Origin: Leptogorgia sarmentosa
Lineage: Eukaryota
Assembly: GCA_964658305.1 (NCBI GenBank)
Contig: OZ210885.1
Coordinates: 13,392,001 to 13,456,000 of the forward strand
Direction: 5' to 3'
Length of the DNA: 64,000 bases
The translations under genes and the position numbers were made by a program. Positions 14,001 to 25,389 of this stretch are shown here, piece by piece. Numbering within the stretch: the stretch's first letter is position 1; each line of letters starts with the position of its first letter. The notes under the pieces were generated by a model. That model had not been told where the DNA came from, ran no database searches, and worked only from the letters and a program-made list of their open reading frames with translations.

Positions 14001-15032
14001 GTTTTTTTTATGACTCATTCGAATACCTCAAGACCATTTGATGCTTCATATAAACAAGCCCCAACAGAAAGCCTTATTTTAGCCGACAACTTATGGACTT
14101 GGCCACGCTACAATATGCAATGGCATTGTATATAGTAACAATGCGTTGCGTGTTAATTTCTCGCTTAATGTATGTTGATTTGCTAATTTTCGGGCCGTAT
14201 TGAAATTTTACATATTCCTTTGTGGTTCCAAAGCCACTGTTCGAATCGTGAAATGATTTTGTTAAGACTGGGTGGGGAGCAGAACTTTTGCTCTTTGTTG
14301 ATGTTGTTTTCTGCTACCGACACTGGCCACAAAATGAAACATATTGTCATGAATTTTAATACATTTATTGTCACAAACCATCCCAGAGATGGACGAGAAA
14401 TATGAACTGCACGGTCCGCAGTTCTTGCCCACAGAAAGTAGTCATTCAATATAGAACAAAAAGCTTGTGCTACGAAGCTTGGATGGATGGAAATTGCGGA
14501 AAACATAAGTGTACACTAGAACACAACGCATAGTACAATTACGCTCTCTCTGTTCCATCAGTTCTCATAATTTGTATATTTGAACTATGAAATCGAGATC
14601 ACATGACAATAAAAATAAACGAATTCGGTATTTTGACATAAATGGAAAAATGAAACTTAAATATCTGACAAAGGAGAAACTGGACGTTCGAATCCAGAAT
14701 TGGAACCAAAATTTTTAACGAATTGACAGATCTAGTTACTCAGAAAGTTAATTTTGCTGCATAACATGTTTTGCATAAATACAGTTTCACTAGTTTCTAG
14801 TCATCAAAACCATACTTTGTTTCTCTGCATAGTCTGAATGCTCCGTCCTGATCTTTTTATGAAGAGATTCGATTTCATCTGTGTTCCGTTCAATTTTCTC
14901 CGCCTGACGTTTAAGCTCCTTTGAATTGTGTTGAAGTTTTTCTGAGTTATCAGCTGCACATCTTTCAACCTCGTCAATTTTGCAAAACAGTCTTGACTTT
15001 AAATTGTCAAGTTCTTCCACCACTTCATCCAT
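2052..15032 (-). CDS. APAF1-like STAND protein: coiled coil + NB-ARC + helical domain + WD40 repeats (multi-exon, 3' end not found in the window)
   Basis: Phase-compatible GT-AG exons: 15032-14816 (coiled coil), 13761-13424 (Walker A GMGGLGKT), 12271-11635 (Walker B LVVLDDVW, LLITTRD, GLPLAL), 11396-10971 (MHD-like VHDLL), 7151-6906, 2270-2052 (WD40: GHSGVVSCLAVSQSGTILASGSWD). The last exon ends on a splice donor, so the gene continues leftwards. Confidence 0.88.
3115..3737 (+). mobile_element. 5'-truncated LINE (CR1/L2-type) 3' end, in an intron
   Basis: ORF 3121-3597 resembles the post-RT C-terminus of CR1/L2 ORF2 (Y.DRL..L.LLP...E.LDL.FLFK; SF.NR..R.WN.LP). Followed by a short 3' UTR ending in (TAAA)n. 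Confidence 0.7.
4692..6573. mobile_element. Internally deleted Kolobok-like DNA transposon (THAP fragment on -, second-gene fragment on +)
   Basis: Imperfect ~33-bp TIRs (TGTTACTGCAACGA...TCGTTGCAGTAACA) with TTAA on both sides (4688-4691, 6574-6577). Frameshifted THAP domain at 6360-5980 (-). Convergent acidic ORF at 5018-5278 (+). Confidence 0.7.
5980..6360 (-). pseudogene. THAP zinc-finger transposase N-terminus, frameshifted
   Basis: CVAGG...SC, HLFP, CSAH, then in another frame LKEDAVPTI (THAP AVPTIF box). Confidence 0.75.
7310..8161. repeat. Unclassified repeat family with ATTATACA..TGTATAAT inverted motif and long terminal hairpin
   Basis: Hairpin at 8035-8135. Related copies at ~28886-29262, ~32370-32510 and, reversed, ~33968-34260. 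Confidence 0.55.
7465..7871. mobile_element. MITE with TA TSD and many (TT)TCGCG/CGCGAAA subterminal repeats
   Basis: TA|CCTTATTCG...CGAATAAGG|TA; nested inside another repeat (7310-8160). Confidence 0.75.
10017..10606. mobile_element. Tc1/mariner-type foldback MITE
   Basis: TA|CAGGGTGTCTCAAAAAAAAGG...CCTTTTTTTTGAGACACCCTG|TA; inverted arms of about 200 bp. Confidence 0.85.
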
Positions 15033-15309
15033 CTGGAAAGATAAAAGTGACATGTCGCATAAATAAGTGATATATCTTTACAATATGAAGTACACAGCTG
15101 CAGTGTTTTATAGGGATTTCGGGCACTGATAAAACTAGTGAAAGTACTAATAATTTCCAGCGTGAAAATTACAGTTTTTCATCTAATGTCATTAGTATGT
15201 AAGCATGCATTTTTCAGTCGCGTATACCCAAAACGATAATTGGGTGCCCCATATTAATATATTCATGTTCTGCGCTATAAAATTTCTATAAAAAAACAAT
15301 TGTCTTTAT

Positions 15310-16689
15310 TAGGCCGTTTGCTGTGACCTCAAAAAGTGCCTAGAAAACTATTTTCATTTCACCTGTCTTGGAACTGAAATATTTTTACCGGAACTAACAC
15401 TTTCGGATACGCTGAGTTCAATTCCGAAAAGTTCCCGCTCCGTAGACCTGCAGTTTTCTCACCAACTGCAATTTTATCTTCACTAATTTTACGACAACTT
15501 TCTTCATTGTTCAACGACACGGATCGATGACGACAAACGATTATGTCACTCAAAAGGACCAATTTCTATTGACCAGTCTTCCTTTTAACAAAAGATCGGT
15601 TTTGCTCGAATCATTTTGAGTCATGTAATATTATGCGTGTTGAACGTAAACAACATATCTTGTCTATAACTTTGGATATGTACAGATAAAGCTTTCTAGA
15701 ATCCTCAGTTCTGGATCTATCTCAATAAAATCACAAGGACGTTAATGTTAAGTCTTTTGGCTATGTCTCTGGGCTGAGAATAACTCTTTTAACACGATCA
15801 AGGAATTTAAAACACAAGTAACGCGAAGCCAACGGAACGGCAAAGACAACACTAAAATGACATATTGTCGACGGGTTGCTGGTAGAAGACTTACGACAGG
15901 TTCACTCTTAAATAATCGTAAACTAGAAGAAATAATGTTCACATCAAATACAAATATCAGTGCCAAAGTATAAAATCTGCTCTGTAAACTTACGAAGAAG
16001 TGGAGAAAGGTGTGCATGAGCTGTTTATTTGGTGATTACAACGTATATGAAAGCCCTCTTTCCAATAATACTCGCTAATCGCACAGAATAACGCCAACTA
16101 TATAATAGTTCAAATGCAATGACAAGTTACCTCTTGAATTACATCTCAAAAACTGTGGTGGAAATTTAAATGCTGATCCATTACATAACTTTACCGTTTT
16201 ACATCGTTGTATAAAACATTTTGATCGCATGTAAAGAATTATTTCTCAGCCCAGAGACATAGCCAAAAAACTAAGCATTAACGTCCTTGTAATTTTATAG
16301 AGATAGAGCCAGAACTGAGGATTTCAGAAAGTTTTATCTGTACATATCCAAAGTTATAGACAAGATATGTTGTTTACGTTCAACACGCATAATATTACAT
16401 GACTCAAAATGATTCGAGCAAAACCAATCTTTTGTTAAAAGGAAGACTGGTCAATAGAAATTTGTCATTTTGAGTGACATAATCGTTTGTCGTCATCGAT
16501 CCGTGTCGTTGAACAATGAAAAAAGTTGAAGATAAAATTGCAGTTTATGAGAAAACTGCAGGTCTACGGAGCGGGAACCTTTCGGAATTGAACTCAGCGT
16601 ATCCGAAAGTGTTAGTTCCCGTAAAAATATTTCAGTTCCAAGATAGGTGAAATGAAAGTGAACGATATTGGAACGCAGCAAACGGCCTA
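15310..16689. mobile_element. Non-autonomous foldback DNA element with TAG..CTA ends and 3-bp TSD (Academ-like)
   Basis: TAT|TAGGCCGTTTGCTG...CAGCAAACGGCCTA|TAT; inverted arms of over 400 bp (about 15355-15785 vs 16238-16653). Confidence 0.75.
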
Positions 16690-18124
16690 TATGGTATGTG
16701 AACACGGGTATAGGAATATGCCCCCATTCCCAATTATCGCTATTGCTACGCCACTGGCGTTTTTAGAGTTTTTTTTCCTCTGTTGTCAATTAGCCTTTTT
16801 TTCTGCTTCAAGTTCTGTCAAAAACTATGAAATGCATGTACAGTACCTCACAGTGAGGACGACATATTGAATGCTTGGTCGACATAGAAGTAAAGTCGAA
16901 TACCAGCTAGAATTAGGTATTGTAATTTAAATGCTGCGAGCAGAACTGGAATCCCAATTGGCTGCATCTTTCGCAGTCGTCTCTTGGTTAGTTGAGTGGT
17001 CGTCATGCCATCAATCGCACTAAACGGTCCACGCACTTACGGTTTTCAGGCGTACTCGATCAAAAGTAAACGGCTGCGTGGTTTCTAGGCGTATTCGGTC
17101 AAAACTAAAACGCTTTCTGGGCGTTATTGATCAGAACTAAAGGGCAGTGGGACTTTCTAGACGAAATTCTGTCAACTGCGTAGGTATAGGCAAAACAAAA
17201 CGACTGCTTAGATATGCATTGCTGGAGGTCGATATGGGCTTTCCCGTGTCGTGAATTTAAAATTGTTTACCAATGGCGTGTACGTAGCCATACTCCATTC
17301 CCTTCGGAAAATGCGCCAGTACAGTTGGCGGAAACCGCAACTTCTCCTCGAGGCCAAACGCTTGGCAAGCGTCTTCTATCACGTTTAAAGAACAATTTCA
17401 GCTATTTGGAATTTTGTATAATTTGGCTGTTTAGTGCATTTCAAGACGAAATACAATATATTTTTAAAAGTAAGCGTTCAATTCGTGGTCTTCTGCGCTG
17501 TTTAATAGAGCCTGAGTTAAGGATCACTTAAAAACACTAGCTTAAAAGTATTTTGAGCGTGTTATCACTAAACATTGTTAGCTACGTAGTTATGTACGTT
17601 TTAAATCGGCTAAAAAACATTCCATCTTTTTATCACGCAATAACGAGCACCGTGCATACAATCAATTACAACTCCTAAACACCTTTGGCAAAAAACAACC
17701 TTTACGAGCTAACCTGTGGAAATAGCTTCATGACTTTTCATGTCCCGGAGGGAGACAAGTTCTCGAAAAGGGGCCAACTTTCCTGTGACACCCGAGTAAA
17801 GCAAAATATGGTCTGCTTGTTGAACGGTTCCATATAATACTAATTTAGCGATTGCTAGGGGGAATATTAGATTTTTCTCAAACCTTTTTGTCTGCTTCAA
17901 ACTGCCAGGTTTCACCACTTCGACGAAGTTCGTCAAGTAATTTTAAGTAACGACCATCAACAAAAACGTCCGAGACTAAGAACGAAAAAGTATATTATTA
18001 AATCAAGCGAATAATACAATAGCACAGGTACCGTATTTGCAGTTATAAGGAATTCCCAGGGTTAGTACTGTTCGGTATGAGAAATTTCCGGTATGGGTAT
18101 TCGTGAAAATTATACTGAAATTAT

Positions 18125-18272
18125 TACTTCAGAATAACGAACAAGAGCAGGAAGGATAATCTCACTACCTAAACGATAAAACTGATTCGACGTATCGTTT
18201 AGGTAATGAGATTATCCTTCCTGCTCTTGTTCGTTATCCTGAAGTGCTACCTACGCTGGCCACGTGTGCTGT
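18125..18272. repeat. Inverted pair of a Penelope/retrozyme-like repeat fragment
   Basis: 18125-18193 and its inverted partner 18194-18272 both match 31670-31766; the turnaround is at GATTCGACGT. Confidence 0.65.
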
Positions 18273-18287
18273 AATTTAAACTGATAC

Positions 18288-18882
18288 CTTTATTCTTCCA
18301 TTCCAGTAGATCATCACACGCCTGTTTTTCAAGATCAGCTGATAAATTAATGCTTTTCATCAATAATTCCATGTCTTGAATTGCATCATTGAACATCACA
18401 TTGGTCCAATTGGAAAAATTACAATGAGCCCACTCATTTCTCACTTTTGACCTTACATTCTTTGCGTACACTGAGGCACCAGATGTTATGAATGGATCTG
18501 CTTCACACATGATAGTCAGTAAAGCAGAAAGATCCATTGTATCGTCAAAACCTGTAAACTTTGCCATGAAGGGTTGAACGAACAACTTTGCCAAAGACAG
18601 AGCATCTTTCACCGCGTAGTCATATGCGGGAGATTTGTGTACATCATTACCGTTGATGTTTTTATATTGTAAAGACAACGTTGATGGTGCCAGCGTTTTA
18701 ATTTGCTTTCCGAAAACTTGTTTGTCAATTTCAACAGGTGGTTTACATAAGTCTTGATACCAGCTCTTCAATTCTGCATCGACAACTTTCCTCAAGGTGG
18801 GAGTGACAACTTTGGTAAGGCAAATACCTGTTACAACCCATCTGGATTCTTCATCTGTTGTGTAACTTGCACCGGTTGCCAT
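18288..18882 (-). CDS. HEPN-like (DZIP3/hRUL138-type) N-terminal exon, probably the 5' part of the NB-ARC/WD40 gene
   Basis: ATG at 18882 just after an acceptor; 198 codons, predicted all-helical, with an RxxxxH motif (VRNEWAH); ends on donor G|GTATCAG. It ends in phase 1 while the 15032 exon starts in phase 0, so a linking exon is needed (candidates near 17714-17855 and 16847-16906) and was not resolved. Confidence 0.65.
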
Positions 18883-19704
18883 GATTCAGGGATCTACACA
18901 TAAAATATACGTGAATTAAGTGTACGCAATTTAACAAGACTTTCAGCTGCAATCAATGAACTTCATAACATTTTCATGCACTCCATATTTAAAATATGCA
19001 GTTAACATCAAACTACGTGGCACTAAAGGCCCATTTACACTACACAAGAATTGGCGCGCCATATATGGCTAAAATTTGGAACGGATGCCGGTTTTTATTG
19101 GCACGGCACCAGGAAATTTCTGTGTGTAAGTTTCTACCCGTGCCGAGACCCAGAACATAGTTGGACAAATGCCGTGCCATACAAAATGATACCAGGTTGC
19201 TTCGATGTACGCATGCTCGGTACGTTTTTCAAAATCGCGGAAAAGAAAGAAGCGGGGGGCAGTTTCGAACGCATTTACTAGAGTGATGCAAAACATCATT
19301 GGGCGAGCCCTGAGGCCATTGTATACCAGTGAGGTTTCCGAGATTATAGCTCAGTCAAACTTGAATTTTGTTAAAACCCTTTTGTTATTAGCGTTAACAA
19401 AAAGAATTAAAGCTTAAAATCAGTAGAAAGCTTTATGACCTGAGAAAATTTTGTACAGTTATAAATTTTGTTAATTAATTAATAGCCATCTAAAATAGTG
19501 TGACCACGTGGCAAACTTCCGGTTTAATCCAGATTGTAGCAATTCTACACATAGGTCGAGGCGAAGTTCTATTCAAATTCATCAAGAGATACAAAACAAA
19601 AGCAGTGCAATAGTCGAAATATAGAATTGTCAAACAATGAATCGAGTACAAGACGGCGGGCGGAAAGTTGTAGTGTGCAATCGTAAAAACTGCCTCAACA
19701 TACG

Positions 19705-19889
19705 CAGGGCCGTCGCTAGAACGTTAATTGGGGGGGGGGTTGCATATTCATATTTTGGCGTTCTGCCGACTGATTTCTTTTGAAATCAGTTGTTTATGAA
19801 TTAATTTCTAAAGAAATCAGTCGGCAGAACGCCAAAATATGAATATGCACCCCCCCCCCCCCCCAATTAACGTTCTAGCGACGGCCCTG
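19705..19889. mobile_element. hAT-type palindromic MITE
   Basis: CAGGGCCGTCGCTAGAACG...CGTTCTAGCGACGGCCCTG with a perfect 8-bp TSD AACATACG (19697-19704, 19890-19897). Confidence 0.9.
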
Positions 19890-22800
19890 AACATACGATA
19901 AAACGTTCATTAAGACATGCGACAAAGCACGACAAAACCCAAAGTGCCTGCACTCATGACAAAAACGACTGAACGTACGTATGAGCACGTCGAAAAAGGT
20001 TTTTCACCGGGTCAGGGCTATTTCAGATACCATGAGGCAGATCGGTCCTTTGGCACGTAATTTTCACAAAATAAACAAGTCCCAAACCATAAATCTAACC
20101 CTAACCGTAGCATTCTAACCCCAACCACTAAAAACAATTCGAGAGAGTAAGAGAAAAATCAAACAATGTTTTCAAAGGCTTTTGGGAGGGTAAGTGGTGC
20201 TTGGCGCACAGTCCCTCGGAAAATATCATCACTTTGGAAATATTACGCCGAATTCCCCTCCCTCCGGGTCTATAAATGATAAATAGCTACTGTATTTCTT
20301 TCGTTATGTGTGTCATTCATTCCGTGCCATTCTAATGCAATAATCGCTCAAAAATACGCTTAACTTTAGGTAAAAAATTGTTCGGCACAATACATAATTT
20401 CCCTCCTGAAATACGCATATAGTACACTGAAGGGCATAACGAACAATCACAAAAACTTCCACTATAATATATACAATTCACTTCGGCATGCTATCAGATT
20501 TAATCTCAGTCTTGTATTAAGTAACAATGGATGTTTTATGTTAGACGCAATCTTTAAACTTTTACTGACTGAAATGTTGGCAATCATATACTATAGTTTT
20601 TAATGAAACTTGTAAACAAACTTGCGTGAGGTATACACTGCTAGTATTGAAGTTTGCTTTCCTATGAATTTGAAGACTTCGTCGCAACCTAATTAGTCAA
20701 GAACAGCAAATTTGCTAACAGCGCTACAGAATGAGCGTTTCTAAGTTGCAGTTATATCGCTGAAAACCTGAAAGCAATAAAGGTCCACCTGTTGTTTGGT
20801 CCCTGGTTATTGCATGCTCAAGTCTGTATTGAATAAGCCCGAAGTGAGGATGGAGGCTGCTTTGTTTGGCAATGCTCAATTCAATTTAGGATTTTCAACA
20901 AATCGTGCCAAGTAGCGCTGTATGCATGACATGTCAGCGATTGAACACGCACCAGTCATATGTATGTTCACCATGATATAACCACACAGGAATCAGTACA
21001 GATAGTAAGGAAAAGCTTAAAAGCATGTATTAAATAATGATTCATGACCCAAGCTTTTATATAAAGATCCAAATCTTGTCTAGTTTTATCAGTATCTTGT
21101 CTGAATAAATCAAGTTCAATTTACAAACATGTACAAACGCTCTTGCATGACCAATATCTTGGATAAACTAAGTGGTGATTTGTGGAGTTTATGTGCAATA
21201 CAAGGCTCACGAGATCACAGATAATTAAAAGTAAGAGCGACATAGAACACCCTCACATAACCTGAAACGATATTACACGAATGGTAGTAGCGTAAAGGCA
21301 TGTTTGTTTGTTATTGTGTTGCAACGTCATCAGATGGATATTGTGCTTTGAAAGGAAATTTGTTATATGGGATTTTGTTACGTTATTGTGCAAACTGGAA
21401 ATAGTTTCAAAACTTTTATTATAGTACTCACCAAATGTTAAATTCGCAAAGATGTTAAAAGGACAAAAGCTTCTGTATTAAACTTTTACGACGTAAATAA
21501 ATGTCGTCACATATTGAGAACGTTCCAGCTTTTGTGTTTGTGGGTTTCACTTGAATGGTGCTGGGTCAAAGAATAATATAAGTCATATGTCACGAGTTGC
21601 GTGGGAGCAAGGAGCAGCATGTATTTACCATGCATCAGACATTGAATATGAGTGCGAATTACAATCGACTCAGACTTGTATAGGGTGCCGGTTCCAAAAA
21701 AGTTTTCTTTATAGAAATCACTCTTTTGTTGTTAATCTCGGGTTATAAATTCACTATAAGTTTAAATTCACTTCTGTTGAACAGCATCATAAATTCGTGT
21801 TGTTTAGCCTCATTTGCCCCAAAAAGATTTATTTGGCAAGTTCCACTTTAACAATTTTTCCTGCATTTATAGTTTTTAATGGACGTGAAACTGCAGAGAC
21901 CTGTCCAAAGTTATACAACAAAGGTTGGATACAGACATAAAGAGCAGACCATCACGTGTTTGCTAAAGCTGCAATAACAACTCAACTGGTCATACGTTAA
22001 GTATGGCGTAGCGTTCGCAGTAATTGTAACTGTCATTCAATAGAAACCTATCACAAAGTCATGGCTAGCTGCTCTATATAGAATTGTAAGGTTAAAAATA
22101 AAATTGTAATCAGCAGGAACCAAACCAGAGTTATTGTGGTAAATATCAAGTGAAGCAATAATAATTGTAATACACGTTAATACACAGGCAGAAAGCTAAA
22201 AACATCATACACTACAGTCATGCTTTGTAGCGGGAAATTCTACCTTTTTACACGTCTCTGCGAGGCAATCATTGCAATTTTCAGGGCACCAGATTATAAC
22301 TTGTACATTTAATATATTTAATGGGGAGCTAGGGCAATCTTTCAAGTTTTAAAGTGCCCAGTTTAATTTGCATGTACATGTGCCAAAATTAACAAAAACG
22401 TCAACAATATATGTCTACAGGTTTGACAGATCAAAAGGAAGTGGCGAAAGGAAAACAATTAAAATATTCCACAGAAACAAAACACTTCACTTATAAAAAC
22501 TCTTTGATATCAATCACACTGATGAATAAAGCAACTTTGTTATTTCACATATAGTTCGGTGCCAGCGAGATATTTGTTATCATTCTTTAGAGAGAGTATA
22601 ATAAAATCGGCAGGATTATCAAACAACGTTTGTATTTTCAACAATATATACCATAATCGATATAATTGAAAAGATTGGGCTACATGTGGTTTGGGATACA
22701 GAGATAAAGAAAGAGATTTAAAAGGTAATCATCAAGCTCGTTATATGCAGTTAGATTTGCAAATCTGAAAGATCATCTGACCATGTCGGTATAATATCTA

Positions 22801-23204
22801 TAATATTCGAACATTAATTGGCTTCTAAGCTATTATTTGTGATTCTATATTTAGTGAGTTTTCCATTTGGCGAGAGTAATAATAAATGACAAAGATTTGT
22901 CATTCGCTTTGCAATTTTAGGCTTTATGGTCTATTTTCCATGTCGCACACTGTAAATAGGCATTCATTGTGTATGCTGCACTTAAACAATAATTCATAAC
23001 TTTCAACATGGTTCTGGTTTCATCCCAATCAGAACCTTTCCATAAATTTGATACGTCTATAGCTACTGGCACAAAGTCAAAATGTGTTTGTTAAAGATGT
23101 GGAAACATAAACATTCGTCACTTTGTGTTTTAGTATTAAGAAAGTATTTGAATGACGTAATCAACACATATGGCAACGAGAAATGTGGCAGTGGGGTTTC
23201 ATTT

Positions 23205-23356
23205 TTTTATTCATGTGGGGCTTCATTTTTTATTTCTTGTGGGGCTTCATTTTTTATTTCTTGTGGGGCTTCATTTTTTATTTTCTGTGGGGTTTATTTT
23301 TAATTTCATCGATGGGCTTCATTTTTCATTTCATGTCGGGCTTTATTTTTTATTTC
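23205..23356. repeat. 24-bp tandem repeat (TGTGGGGCTTCATTTTTTATTTCT), about 6 copies
   Basis: Read directly from the sequence. Confidence 0.8.
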
Positions 23357-23476
23357 AAAGTAGATGTTAATTTGCTGACCATGAATGTGCCAGCATTGTA
23401 ACAGGAGGGGAGAACTAAAGGATATCTGAAAAACATGGATCGGGGCACCGAGATAGGGAATCGTAAAGGGAGTATA

Positions 23477-23698
23477 GGAATCTGTAAGACCCGGAATTTT
23501 AAAACCAGGAGTCTGCGAAATCAAGAATCTGTAAAACCAGGAATCTGTAAAAGCCCGAATTTTATTGCCAGGAATCTGTAAAACCAGGAATCTGTAAAAC
23601 CCGGAATCTTAAAACCAGGAATCTGTAAAATCAGGAATCTAAAAAACCCGGAATCAGTAAAATCAGGAATATGTAAAAGCCGGAGTCTGTAAAATCAG
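23477..23698. repeat. ~16-bp tandem repeat (AAAACCAGGAATCTGT), about 13-14 degenerate copies
   Basis: Read directly from the sequence. Confidence 0.8.
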
Positions 23699-24672
23699 TT
23701 GAACCCTGAGTCAATTACAAATCAATTCATTTCATTTCAAAAATCCTGACCAGTGCACTTTGCCAAAAATTCGCTAGAAATCCAGTAAAATAAAAAAAAC
23801 TTATGCTTCGGCAAAAAATGCTGTAGAAGTCCAAAGTAATTCAGAAAAATTCAGTAGATTTAGAGATCAACAAGAATTCAATAGTACATATATGTTATTT
23901 ACTGGCCTGAAGGTCAGGATAGAAACATATTTTGTCGAGGTCTGAAAAACGGTAAATAACGGATTTACTTTTTTGTCGCGCAATGGTATAATCAAATTCA
24001 TTTGAGATCAGTTGTGTTTGTTTACTTTGTTACTCCATCGCATATATGGCTGCCAAACAGCCAAGGCGCAGTGGAAAAAAAACCTTTCAGTTTTGGTCTC
24101 AATCAAAAAAAGGGAATTTATTCAATTAATTTAATCTTCCATTTCGCGATAGAAAAATGGTTTAAATATGCCGATTACGACCCCAAAATTAAATATTTCT
24201 TCGAAAACGTTTTTACTAAAAATTATTTCTAAAAATATAGAAGATAAATTAACCTTAAACTTATGTAAATTAACTGGTTATCGTATTTTTTAAACATTTA
24301 AATTTAACTTAAGATGAACTGCAAGTTTCCGATATAATTATATTTCATTTTTTTGCCATTAAATCATTGAAACACTTTAACCTTCGGAAATTATATTTTA
24401 TTTTCCACAAATTCGTCTTTGAAATAAAACTACTTTAAGCCAATACGTACTCGTTCGTGTTAGTATTTTGAAATAATAAAAAGCCAGTCTCAATTTACAA
24501 AAGGTGAAACATTTAATATTAAACTGTGAACAGATTTAACGTGGCTAAGCCAGAAATTCATATAAATACGCAAGAATTTTATATCAAAACAATAAACACG
24601 CTTGTCCTGTATTTGAATCCATCTTCGTTTCTCCTGCCTTCTACCTTTGCGAGAACGTATGCGTCCATTACA

Positions 24673-24882
24673 CCCTTACGAAAAATACACATGTGAAACA
24701 CATGTGAAAGTCATGTGGTTCACATGTGAATTTGGAACAATCACATGTGATTCACATTTGATTCACATGTACTCACATGTGAACCACATATACTCACATG
24801 TGAAACACATGTGATTGTTCCAAATTCACATGTGAACCACATGACTTTCACATGTGTTTCACATGTGTATTTTTCATAAGGG
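24673..24882. mobile_element. CMC/EnSpm-like palindromic MITE rich in CACATGTG
   Basis: CA|CCCTTACGAAAAATAC...GTATTTTTCATAAGGG|CA: 2-bp TSD, CCC..GGG ends, near-perfect palindrome. Confidence 0.75.
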
Positions 24883-25389
24883 CAACGCCATTTCTAGCGC
24901 GATGACCTGATTGAATCTTGTTAAGGTTAGCACTGTCACCATTACGTTTAGAGTTAATCGCAGTTGGCTGGGCATTCTCTAGTTATTTTCCAAGTTTTAC
25001 CTGGGATACAAATGGTTTTATAACGTTTGATGTTTGGGTCTATTTCCCTGTTTTCACATTTGGGTTATAGCGAAGGTTTTAATTCTGTTCAAATTTAAAA
25101 GTTCAAAATTTAAGTATGTTGTGAGGGAAGCTGGACTGTAAAAAGCCTAATTTGGTGTGACAAATGTTTGCATCTTACAATGGGGTTAAGACTTTGCCGT
25201 GCTATAAAATTCCAGGTGAAAATTAAGAGTAACATCAACTAGAAGCAAAAAGTTCAACTCACTACTTAAACGTTAATATAACCATAAAAACAGATTTGAT
25301 TTTTCAAACTGTTTCTATTGTTCTGGCAGCAAGTAAGTAGAACTTATAAGTTATTTAACAATTTGGTTTTTTTATTGAAGCTGACAAGA

